A stretch of DNA of 20,000 nucleotides from NCBI GenBank assembly GCA_000934665.2, contig JYFJ02001488.1, forward strand, positions 58,212 to 78,211. Reading direction: 5' to 3'. This document shows positions 1 to 10,586 of the stretch, in pieces (position 1 is the stretch's first letter; each line of letters opens with the position of its first letter). The notes beneath the pieces are model-generated. The model searched no databases, had not been told where the DNA came from, and was given only the letters and a program-made list of their open reading frames with translations. The DNA is from Catajapyx aquilonaris. Taxonomy: Eukaryota. The translations under genes were made by a program, and so were the position numbers.

Positions 1-83
1 AGTTTGTTGTTGAAGTGTGCCAGTACTTACTGATCATTAAAATATTCAGAGGCAATATTTTTAAACATGTGGCTTATAGAGTA

Positions 84-409
84 CTAGCAGGTTACCCGGC
101 GTTGCCCGGGTATGTTATGGTCATTGTTATGGTGGTAGGCCTACAATGTAATGAGGGCATTACCATGGAAATCTATGAATATTGTTAAATAGGTAATTGA
201 TAATTGGTTAATTGGGAATATGCATGTTATGGGTGTTAGGTTCCTTTTCGGAAGCTGAAACATGCGGCATTAAATTCCTTGAAAAATGTAACTCCCGATA
301 TGCTAATTTAAGGCGGTGTAGGGGCCTTCCCCCGGATTTCTATTAGGGACAAACAAACTGACAAATTGACAAATAAACTGACAAACTTCCTTATTTATAG
401 AGATAGAGA
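84..409 (-). mobile_element. Non-autonomous Helitron (about 326 bp, Lep1-like architecture)
   Basis: On the minus strand it starts A|TCTCTATCTCTATAAATAAG (409 downward), followed by a (TTTG/TCAG)-type microsatellite (+ strand GACAAACAAACTGACAAATTGACAAATAAACTGACAAAC, ~348-386). It ends with a GC-rich hairpin (ACCCGG-6nt-CCGGGT, 94-111) 6 nt before CTAG|T (84-87). 5'-TC, 3' hairpin plus CTAG, and insertion between A and T with no TSD are the Helitron hallmarks. Confidence 0.8.
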
Positions 410-805
410 TACCGTTATTAGCCAGGATCAGGGTACATATTTATGTATAACATAACAGGTTTTCCCTTAGGGCATACTACGCGTATTAAGACATATTACC
501 GGGTCTCAACATATGACAAAATACTGTGTTAATAGGATGCTGGCATTGCGGTCAGGTACTGACGACTTATACATTATTACTCAATCTAGAACGACAAGCA
601 TATCAACTTTGACAACGTTTATGAGCTCTGGCTTACACAACCACGCCATAGATCAATTCTAGTCATTATTAACTTATTGTAACTGTTTATCAACTGCTAA
701 CATGCGATGTGTGGCAGTGTCATTAATATCATATATAGTTGATGTGCGCGAATATAAATCGGTGGGTGTAATAGTGAGTACAAAAAAATCTGTAATTATT
801 ATAAG

Positions 806-916
806 CAGGGATGGAAAAAGAACCGCTTCTTTGGGCGGTAAGCGGTTCTTTTTCTATCCCTGCACATGGAAAAAAGAAGCGCTTCTTGGAAGGAAGCGGT
901 ACTTTTTCCATCCCTG
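806..916. mobile_element. 111-bp MITE, hAT-type
   Basis: TIRs CAGGGATGGAAAAAGAACCGCTTC ... GAAGCGGTACTTTTTCCATCCCTG (24 bp, 1 mismatch), flanked by a perfect 8-bp direct repeat ATTATAAG (798-805 and 917-924). An 8-bp TSD with CAGGG termini is typical of hAT. Confidence 0.85.
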
Positions 917-1832
917 ATTATAAGACATCAATTGGAAAATATTAAATTTGATCCGAATACCACAATGTATAAACACTGTCATGATCATAGAGAACACTTT
1001 TTTTTTGGAAGAATGATAACATTGTCGTGGGTTAGTAAAGTTTCCTCTTCAGGTGATTAACTAATGATTATGAACAGGGTGTGTCTCTATTTAGTGATTG
1101 CCAATACTGTGTAACGCCTGTTTCAAATGAGCACGCTTCACGCCTATCGAACAGCCGGGGAATATTAATATTTGCACACATAAAGGAAGTAAATAAACCA
1201 ATCATGCATACGTGTAATCCTTTTTGCGTGCAAGCCAAATAATTAATCCCGATATAATTTTGTAATGTGAACACCTGCGCTTTAATCTACATTGGATAAA
1301 CGATATGGCGTATTGGGTTTAACTTTTCTATTACTCCTTGAAAAACACTCCTCTAACAAGGCAGGGGGAAAGGGAAATGCCAAAAGCTATATTACTATTT
1401 TTTCCTGAGAAGGTGATGGGCATATTTAGTACGATAGTATTGACATGTTATCATTCATTAATTCGAACATTTCGTGTCATTTTTAGTAGACTATAGTGTT
1501 GAAGTGGCGAATTATTAAGTTAGTGTATATCGGTTCACAAACTGCATGCGTGTCAGCACGTTTTGCTCTGTATCATTAGGAAAAATAGTGTCAGTAAGTA
1601 AGGAGTGTGTCCTCTTTCTCTCCAAGTTCACCTTTTCTCATCAATTCAGATAAGGTTGCCTTTTTTTGTAATCACTCATACTTTATGATAGAAAAAATTA
1701 TTCCTAGCCCATTGTTCTAGTTAAAACTGCCAATTTAGATAAACAATGAACTACACTATACTATATATAGACATCTTCTACTTTTGTAGCCTATGTCTCA
1801 ACTGTCTCTGCGGAAAAATATTATCGTCAATC

Positions 1833-4259
1833 ATGTACAATAAGCGTGATAATTTTAAATTTCCTGGACGATACCAAATTTCACCATTGCCTTGGAGTAA
1901 TAGTCAAGCCACATGCAATATGGTACACGCGTGGGAAAGAAGAGAAAGAATAGCCTGCAGAACGGAGACCAGGGGAGATAAAATTAAGTCACATAAATAT
2001 TCAGACCTTATCTCAAAGTGTGCGAAGGAGTATTGTGACCACACGTCACTTCACGGCTTCAAATACATTACTTCAAAATTAAGCCTCAAAACTGAAAAGT
2101 AAGCATATACAAATACTCACTGTAGATTTTACATGTCGCACATTTTTATGACTGACTTATGTTTTCAGAATCCTCTGGGCCCTCTTGTGTGCGTGTGCTA
2201 CAGCTGGTGCCGCAGTCTACCTTTATCCTTCCTTCCAAAAGTACTCAGAAATTCCTATATCCACCACTATTGTCTCTGTAGGAGAACCGATTTGGAACAT
2301 TCCCTTTCCTGGTGTCACTGTATGCAACGTGAATAAGGCGTCAAGGAAGGTGGTGTCCAGCCTATCTAAGACTTCTCCGTAAGTCATCATGTATTGTTGT
2401 TCTCACTGATAAATAATTTTTCTATCAAAAATATTTGTTGTTAACATCCATGCTCTTTATTTTAGGTGGAGCAATTACTCTGACGCTGTAATTCGAAAAC
2501 TTGTTCATTATATGACTAGAATTGGGAGGATTCAAATATCTAGTGCAAACAATATGTACATGACGTATGTGGAAAATATTATGAGTCACATGAAAGGAGA
2601 GACACTGACAGATCTAATGAGACACGTAAGTTAATGACATTTTTGAGAGAATTATATATTAATGATCACTCATTAATCACGCCCTTCATGCAGGTCATGC
2701 AACCTCTTAATCGCATGGCAGTGAAGTGTTGGTGGATTAGTCGACGTGTCAATTGCTCAGATTACCTGGAATTAAAGTACACTGACGTTGGATACTGCTG
2801 GGGATTCAACTCAGTGTCAATGACGCTACGAAACACAAGGTTATTTTTTTTTTCGTGTTAATGGACATCCATTCCTTGAAGTTCAATGTCAATTAACTAA
2901 AATGAACTTTAACGGTTCTGCACTGACCAGCACAATAACTTGCGTAAGGAATTCCTATACGTTGACACGGACAAGTTTTTCTTGCAGTGAAGATGACTTC
3001 CGTCCTTTACGTGTTAATGGTGCTGGACCTAACATAGGATTAACTCTCTTGCTTAATCCGGATGTGGAAGATTATTATTCCTATTCGAACAAAATTCACG
3101 GATTTAAGGTAATGTGTACATACATACAGTATAGCATTTTATAAAATTGTTGGTTACTCATATTCGGCACCGTCGTCGTGTCGCATATACAGCTTCAATG
3201 TCACACATTACGGTATATAAAATTTCAATGTCACTTGTTTCCCATTCAGGTTAGAATTCATCACGCGATGGATTTTCCCAATGTAGCAGCAAAGTCGTTC
3301 ATATTGGAAGCAGGCAAAGAAGTGCTTGTGGCAGTAAGTCCCACGGCCACACGAAGTACAACCAATATTAGAAGTACTCCCACGTGGAAAAGGGATTGCA
3401 GATTTGAGGACGAAGTAAATTTGCAATACTTTCCCACGTACAGTTATCAAAACTGCAGACTCGAGTGTGTCATCGCTTCAATGAGAGACACTTGCGGGTG
3501 TGTTCCTTACATGTACTCGATGTTGGGTGAGTACCTGATAATTTATTTGATGACTGCAATATCCTTTGACTGGTTATACTTTTGTAGAAAACCAAACGCT
3601 TTGCGGTTACGCTGGAATCAACTGCATAAACAACCACACCAGTAAGTCCTCGCTGCAGCATGTAACATTATTGTAAACTTTTTTCTCTTTCTCTCACTTT
3701 AGCCAAATTTTTCACCGTTGCCCCCAAGGAGCAAGTGAAAAATCTGATACCGTATCCGTCCATGGAAAAGTGCGACTGTCCTCAAGGCTGCAAGCAAATT
3801 AAATATCATTACGAGTTAAGCGAAGCAGCGTTCCCAAAGTTTCCTAAGGAGTTAAAATTTAAAGATAGCACAATTAACAGGCAAGCAATATTATGGCAAC
3901 ATTCTTAGGGCGCTTTCTAACTAAACTTTTATTCCACTCTTTTTAAGGTCAAATTTAGTGTTGCTACGAGTCTTTTTCAAGGACGAAACGTACATTCAGT
4001 ATCAGAGAGATGTCATATTTACCGCAAGTGACTTTATTGGTAAGACTCCAGCTATTTACCAAGTAATTTATTTTGGCGCACAATAATACCGACTGTGTGA
4101 ATTATACTTTCAGCATCATTCGGGGGAATAGTGGGTCTTTTTATAGGATTTAGTTTTGTGAGTGTAGCTGAACTTGTTTACTTCTTCACTGTAAGGCCTG
4201 TTCTGCGTCGGAAACACACGTCCTCAGGGCCTAATGATGCTATGAATTGGTCACCCTAA
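1833..4259 (+). CDS. ppk: DEG/ENaC pickpocket-family channel subunit, copy 1 (~549 aa, 10 coding exons)
   Basis: Exons 1833-2098, 2169-2378, 2466-2625, 2694-2839, 2988-3108, 3250-3526, 3588-3641, 3703-3880, 3948-4039, 4114-4259 (1650 nt, open frame). Motifs: pre-TM1 TSLHG, TM1, FPGVTVCNVN, GYCWGFN, Cys-rich thumb, TM2 FGGIVGLFIGFS. Intron 8 is GC-AG. The start ATG is chosen by alignment to paralogues; the symbol is family-level only. Confidence 0.92.
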
Positions 4260-5057
4260 CCGTGGCCCTAACATACTCCAAATCAGAAAGAACGTGCTAC
4301 TAAAATAATTAATTTGCCATTGAAAGTTATTTAAAATCTTTACAATCCTTTGTAGTACATCACATGCAATGTAAGTTATTTTATTCAAGTACACGAACTG
4401 AAACTTCATGAGTTATGTAATACCGAATCATAATTTTAGGCTTAGTACAATCAGACAGTGCATGGCTAGATCGTAAAATCCTGAGGGCATTTGCGGCATT
4501 GAAGGATGTCATGACTAATGCATTATAACCAGCAACCATTTGAATCCAGCAACACGTACCAACGACACTTATGGTGAAATGTAGACACGAAATTATCATG
4601 GGGCCTGTGGTAACCAAGTACTTATTATTTGTATATACTCGCTACGTAGGTAGCAAATGGTCGTAGGATGTTGTGTCCTTGATCAATCTCATGAGACATT
4701 CAGTACAGGTATTGTTTCTCTCGTGATGTGTACTGTACATCTTGAGATAAGGGTTCTGACTATACCACCGATCCACATGCATTATGCAGTAATGTGTCAG
4801 ACCGATAAAGGAAAGCCACGTGTTCCCTGCAGAAATATGCTGAGAACATCTGTGCGATATGTGATCGTGTAATGGAGGTTTTGATAATTGGACCAAATTG
4901 TGTTACACGGTGTTTATTTGACAGAAATTAGGCAGTGAAGTTCGGTAATAGAGGCTGACTGGCCAGATTTCGGAAAACGGTTTGGCTAAACGATGAGACT
5001 GCAGATGGATCTCATTTGTGAACAGTCACTACGTGCTATCATCTCTGTCATCAAGTG

Positions 5058-5063
5058 TCAGTC
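5058..5063 (+). promoter_or_regulatory. Candidate arthropod initiator (TCAGTC) for copy 2
   Basis: Matches TCAKTY about 40 nt upstream of ATG 5102. Short motif; could be chance. Confidence 0.3.
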
Positions 5064-5101
5064 ATACATGTCATAAGTAATTAGAGTGTGCAGCTCCAAA
5101 A

Positions 5102-7857
5102 ATGGCCAACCTCCGTAAACACATGAGTAATTTGAAATCAGCAGGACAGTCATTAATTTTCTGGCAGAAGAATCAGCGAACTATTACTCCAGTTTACTCA
5201 TGGGAAAGAGAACTAGGACTAACCTCTATCAATCGACAACTACTTTTACAAGCGTATCAAAAGCGACAATCTACTAATACTAGTTCAAACTCTGGTTTTG
5301 CGTACATGTGCTTCAAGGACTACTGCCATCATACCTCTTTGCACGGATACAAGTACATTACCGAGGACTCGAACTGTAATTTTGAAAGGTAATATTCATG
5401 GTTTCAGGTCATATTTACCTGCGTACAATAATGCACATTACTTTCTTTACAGAATACTCTGGATAATATTTTGTGTATGTGCAACAATAGGAATGGCACT
5501 CTACTTACGCCCAGTGTTTGAGAGATACATGGAGACGCCAATTTCAACCAGTATAGACTCAGTGTCAGAACCAATTTGGAACGCGCCATTTCCAGGAGTG
5601 ACTATTTGCAATGTCAACAAAGCTATAAAATCAGTCGTGGACAATCTTCCAAACACTGCAAGGTAAGGACCACTTAACCATCGTGACACCTTATTCGGTT
5701 AATGCGTTGCGGTTTATTCTTTACACAGATGGGGAGAGTATGAGGGGGTGGTTTCGAAAGACTTGATCAGATATTTGGCAAAAATGGGTCATGTTCAAAC
5801 TAATCGCGTAAAATTAAATATCGATGCAGAACAATTTGATGCTGTTGTGGAAAAAGAAGTGAAAACTGAAGGACTAGCCCAAATCATGAAAGATGTAAGT
5901 ACAGTGCAATTTCCATTCTTAAGCAATTAAAAGCATTTGATGTAAACGAATTAATCTATGGTTTGTTACTTTTTGCGGCGATTTAACACCAACTTGATTC
6001 CATGTCCAGGTGATGCAGCCTATTAACCGGCTGGCCCTTCGATGCTGGTGGGTCAGCAGACCTGTACAATGCTCAAAGCTTTTTGAACTGAAGCACACAG
6101 ACGAAGGATACTGCTGGGGATTCAACTCCGTGTCTATTACACTAGAGGATGAAAAGTAAATTAATCGATTTGCTTGATTCAGAATGAGATTGATTGCGTT
6201 GAAATTCTATTGCTTTCATTGTGAAACCAAAAGAATACCTTAACTATATCTTACTGGTGTATATTATGCCAATGCAGGGCATTTAATTTGACTGAAGAAA
6301 TTGCGATATACAGTTATTCACTATTGATTACTAACATGTTTGTGAAGCTTTCTCTAACTAGTAAGTGCGGCACCACTTTCAAATGAACTTCATATCACTT
6401 TCAACACACCTTACGAAAATGTCTCAATTCATTCATGATTCATCTGCAGTTTTAAATCACTTAATGTCAATGCACAATATGTTGCAGGTCACATGACAAT
6501 TTCCAGCCCGAATCAGTTAATGGCGCAGGTCCAGACATGGGTCTGACAGTTTTGCTCAATCCGGACGCAGAGGAATATTATTCTTATATTAGTAATATAC
6601 ACGGATTCAAGGTACGCTACAGTAACCCACAAAAATTGTATTGTTTTGCCTAAACAATAAACCGTATTGTGACAGGTGAGGATCCATCACCCCATGAATT
6701 TTCCCAACATTGCGACTAAGGCATTTCTTCTGGAGGCTGGAAGGGAGGTCTCCGTGGCTGTGACTCCAACGGCCACAAAGAGCTCTAAAAACATCAGAGA
6801 AACACCGATGTCGAAACGTCAGTGTCGGTTCGGAGACGAGATGAAGTTGAACTATTTCCCTACCTTCAGCTACGATAACTGTCGCATGGAGTGTGTGCTT
6901 GCGACAATGAGAAACACTTGTCGATGTGTTGCTTACATGTACTTAAATTTGAGTAAGTATTGAAGCGGTAACAGAGATGGAAATTTTAATTGCGAAACTT
7001 GTTTGTTCCAGAAAACCAAACTCCATGCAACTATAAAGGATTAGAATGCATCAATGACCATACTTGTAAGAAAAACTTATTTTACTTCACATCATAAACT
7101 TTTCTAACTCAGGTTCTCTTTTTTAATAAAGCAAAATTTTTAACACTCGCTCCTAAAAGTCCAGTTGAAGGACTAAAACCAATGGATTCTATGGAAAACT
7201 GCCCTTGTCCTCCAAGCTGCACGGAACTTACATATAGCTATGAAATGAGTAAGGCTACGTTTCCGAAGTTCCCCGATGATCTAAATTACTTGGATGAAAG
7301 TATCAACAGGTAAGAAAAGCACAACGATTACAGGAAAATTTAGATGAAAATTAAATATTAGATATTTACATAATATACAGTAGGCTATACAACACTTGAG
7401 TTCTTGGTGATAAAGTCAGTTCCATACAAAATAATGCGATATTAAATTTTTAAATAACAGAGCTTGAAATCAATTGTGGTTCCGATTGATCTGAATATAT
7501 TCATAATTAATGAATAATTTAATTTTGTTAAACATACCGCAAATATACCGGATGACTTTAATATAATTTCAGGACCAATTTAGTTCTGCTTCACGTCTTC
7601 TTCAAAATGGAAGCTTATGTTCAATATAAACGTGATGTGATGTTCACAGGGAATGATTTTATAGGTAAGATCGCCATGTCGCACTTTCATTCAAATGTTA
7701 CATGCTGATTTTCTATTGATATCTAGCTTACTTCGGCGGAATTGTCAGTCTCTTCATTGGCTTCAGTTTCATCAGCATATTTGAGATCATCTACTTTTGT
7801 ACTGTCAAGCCTTTCCTGCGATGGAAGAGACAAGTTCCCAGAAGATCATTGTACTGA
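5102..7857 (+). CDS. ppk: DEG/ENaC pickpocket-family channel subunit, copy 2 (~554 aa, 10 coding exons)
   Basis: Exons 5102-5388, 5453-5662, 5729-5894, 6010-6155, 6488-6611, 6676-6952, 7012-7065, 7132-7309, 7573-7664, 7727-7857 (1665 nt, open frame, all GT-AG). Motifs TSLHG, FPGVTICNVN, GYCWGFN, thumb cysteines, TM2 AYFGGIVSLFIGFS. Confidence 0.93.
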
Positions 7858-7885
7858 ATATAATTTTTGTAAAAATACACACGGT

Positions 7886-7891
7886 AATAAA
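7886..7891 (+). terminator. Candidate polyadenylation signal of copy 2
   Basis: AATAAA about 30 nt after the TGA stop at 7855-7857. Confidence 0.45.
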
Positions 7892-8858
7892 TGAAGACCA
7901 CGGGGGAAGAACGATCAAGGTCCTCTTTTTGTCACAAAAATTAGTTAGACTACGTACCTCAGAAGACACTCTTTCACTACTGTAGAATATGATGGTTTGG
8001 TCGTGGTTGTGGAGTATAGGTCACAATGAAAGGCCCCGAAAGTGGGATTTACAGTAGAACCTCATTCGAAATTTAAAATTGGAATATCTCAGTTTCACCT
8101 GAGGTGGACCTTGATCGTACTTCTTCCGATGTCCTCAAATTCATATTCTACAGTATATTTGATAATTAACATAGTCTATTCAGAGCCTCATGTAGACCCA
8201 TTGCGCTATTTTCATTGTGTAGTGCTATAAATTTGGGAGATAATCTGCTTCCGAATGTCCTTGACACATGTAATAAAATATAGCCTATCATTATTATGGC
8301 TCTGGATTGATGGGTTTTATGTTCAATGACCTGTTTTTGCGTCAGCAATCATCAGAGCCTATTCAGGCATCCTGTGTACTTTTTAGTGCCTGCAGAGAGT
8401 CTGGTCTGTAAAATATGGATTCTGTCATTGAAGTTAGATGCCATCATTTGTTCTATTGGGCCATTTCCTATAGGAGAGAGAAGATTAAGACAAACACTCT
8501 TGTTCATGGTCACGGAATTAGTGCACAGAGCAGGTAATGTAGGCTCTTGAAAGTATGGCAATCAGGCTCTGGCACTGGTTAGTGAAAATAATCTACTCAA
8601 ATTTTTTTTGAGTGAGATTAAATGAGTGAGATTTAATATTCGAGTTGAGATACAGAGAAGAAGAAATTTGATGGCAATATTCAATCTGATACCTTCAACG
8701 GGACATGCAAGCAAGGATTGTGTCTCAACGAAGTCTTCCTTCAGGAGAGAAAGTCAATGACCTCAACGGAAGATCTCAGGCACTGTAATCACAATATGTC
8801 ACTGTACGTTATACTGACGATGTGTTTTGTAACACTTGCGCAAGCGCTATCGTTCCTT

Positions 8859-8879
8859 TCGGTCTTCTAGATTACGCCA
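8859..8879 (+). promoter_or_regulatory. Conserved upstream motif TCGGTCT-N4-GATKACGCCA (pseudogene copy)
   Basis: TCGGTCT TCTA GATTACGCCA; the same motif occurs at 10014-10034 and 16160-16180. Confidence 0.45.
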
Positions 8880-9122
8880 TAGATTCTGCCACTGCACTGA
8901 GGCAGTCCGACAAACTTTGTCTTACGAGAGCGGTATACTCTTTAGATAAAAGATAATAGAGTTCTATGGCGAAAAGGTTCCTTCTTATGCAAAGCAGTGG
9001 TCTAGTGAACCAGCGGTCCTCAATATTATGTATGAGTGTATCTCAATATCATGGCTTTGGATCGTGTATAAGAGTAGTGTATATGCAAACCTTCTTCAGA
9101 TTATGGATATTCCGTTGCCAAA

Positions 9123-9630
9123 ATGAGGCTCGTTAGCAAAGGCACAAATTATACTTCAAGGCCGTTACTACTTCAATACTGCTTTGGAAGAAGAAGAAAA
9201 AAAAACCTACGATTACTCGAGGGCACCCTTGGGAAAAGGAACTGAGATTTACTTCGATCAATCATGAACTTCTTTCGCACACATTCAACAGTCACGCCAG
9301 CAACACATATTCAACTCGTGAGTTTATGTACACGTCTGCGAAAAATTACTACATCTCTCTGCATGGATTCAAGTACATTATCGAGGATTCGAATTTTAAT
9401 ATTGAAAGGTATGTAGTTGTCGAGTTTTTGGCGTTTTTTTTGAGGAACAGGCTCTTTACCTTCCAGAATTCTGTGACTATTATTTACGTATGCTCAACAA
9501 TAGGAACAAGCACTATTATCTGCAGCCTGCTTTGCATGATATAATATTATGGAGACGCTTACTCCCACAAGTGTTGAGTCAGTGACGGAACCCATTAAGG
9601 ACGTACCATTTCTAGGTGTTACAATATGTG
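9123..9630 (+). pseudogene. Truncated pickpocket pseudogene (exons 1-2 only), related to copies 3/4
   Basis: ATG at 9123 aligns to the copy 3/4 start. It has a 2-nt insertion near 9150, further indels, a retained SLHGFKYI-EDSNFN-ER motif, an intron at 9409-9466, and a TGG>TGA stop at 9474-9476. Similarity ends at the decayed FPGVTIC motif (TTTCTAGGTGTTACAATATGT, ~9630). Exons 3-10 are not seen. Confidence 0.9.
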
Positions 9631-10013
9631 AAGTATTTTATGTACATCTCCGTCATTAAAGTCATATTAGTTGTGCTCAGGCAACAAACATTTTTGTTGT
9701 CCCAGAAATCCATGTCGCATTGCTATGCTCCAAGAGTTTCAAATCTGCCTTATGAACGCATTTATAATCAGGCCTATGACATACATCGGCTAAAGCGCTC
9801 GGAAAATGCAGACTTTATATTAAGCATTTCTTGTTGCACATATAACGAAGATTTTCTCGTTAAAAAACTTTTATTTCTGAATGTAGGAATCAAGGCACTG
9901 CAAAGAGATTTCACTGTACAAATTAATATTGACGAGATTTTTTGTAACTCACATGCAATGTCTGTTATATATCTAATATATCATTAAAGCTATCTCGTAG
10001 GTAGGAAAAATAT

Positions 10014-10034
10014 TCGGTCTCTGCGATTACGCCA
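10014..10034 (+). promoter_or_regulatory. Conserved upstream motif TCGGTCT-N4-GATKACGCCA (copy 3)
   Basis: TCGGTCT CTGC GATTACGCCA, about 60 bp before the predicted leader exon. Confidence 0.5.
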
Positions 10035-10091
10035 CCGCTTCTCCAGGGCACTACTAGGTAAACACGTTTCTTTGAATTCACCTGTGTCTGA

Positions 10092-10187
10092 CGTCAAGTT
10101 TCACCAACCATTGACATACAGAGCTAAGAGCTGAATCGCCAAGACATTGTGATACATTTTAGAAGGAAACTGGACGATGACTGTGAG
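10092..10187 (+). other. Predicted non-coding 5' leader exon of copy 3 (intron 10188-10563); 5' boundary uncertain
   Basis: Strong donor GAG|GTAAGG at 10188 and acceptor CTTTTCTAG| at 10563, 23 nt before the ATG. The exon aligns with 16238-16333 of copy 4, which has GAG|GTGAGG and CTTTTCCAG| at 16773. Confidence 0.55.
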
Positions 10188-10586
10188 GTAAGGTATTATT
10201 TAGCGAGAAACAATGTTTCAAATTTCGACGCTTGTTAAAATTTAGCTAGGCTGAGATGCTATGCTGATAATATAGTAAGTAATATATTAATATTAATGGT
10301 GCATTTCTTGTATAGAAATGACAGGATGTTCAGCACATTTTAGCATGATATATGCCCTAATTCAATATCCCAGGTAAACTCTATGGAGAGTATTTCACAC
10401 ATGAATATAAAATGATTGTATTCAATGCCTAACATGTTCTTTTCTGCAAAGTACTGAACGAGTGAACTAAATATTAGTAGTGCTCAAGTATGATTGTGTG
10501 CTAATATCATGGTTTGAATGGTTAGAGTATGTGAGGGTTCATAAAACTTAACGACTTTTCTAGGTTACGGATATGATGTTGTCAAT

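Noticed and set aside
159..172. X-box (RFX)-like ATTACCATGGAAAT
   Set aside because: It deviates from the consensus end (AAC), lies inside the Helitron, and is about 1.7 kb from the first ATG.
702..1274. Short ORFs (702-917, 729-911, 866-1060, 1068-1274)
   Set aside because: Three overlap the MITE. None has a recognisable domain or splice support.
1746..1832. Upstream in-frame ATG extending copy 1 by 29 aa
   Set aside because: The extension has no counterpart in the paralogues and contains an acceptor-like CTTTTGTAG (~1788), so it is more likely UTR or intron.
7110..7112. Stronger-looking CAG acceptor 19 nt upstream of the AAG used for copy 2 exon 8
   Set aside because: It would frameshift, and it lies immediately after the CTAAC branch-like motif, too close to be used. 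The AAG gives the conserved 178-nt exon.
8042..8800. ORFs on both strands between copy 2 and the pseudogene; possible retroelement relic
   Set aside because: No RT, endonuclease or transposase motif is recognisable by eye.
9616..9987. 123-aa ORF after the pseudogene
   Set aside because: Non-ATG start, no similarity to ppk exon 3 or later, and composition typical of AT-rich non-coding DNA.
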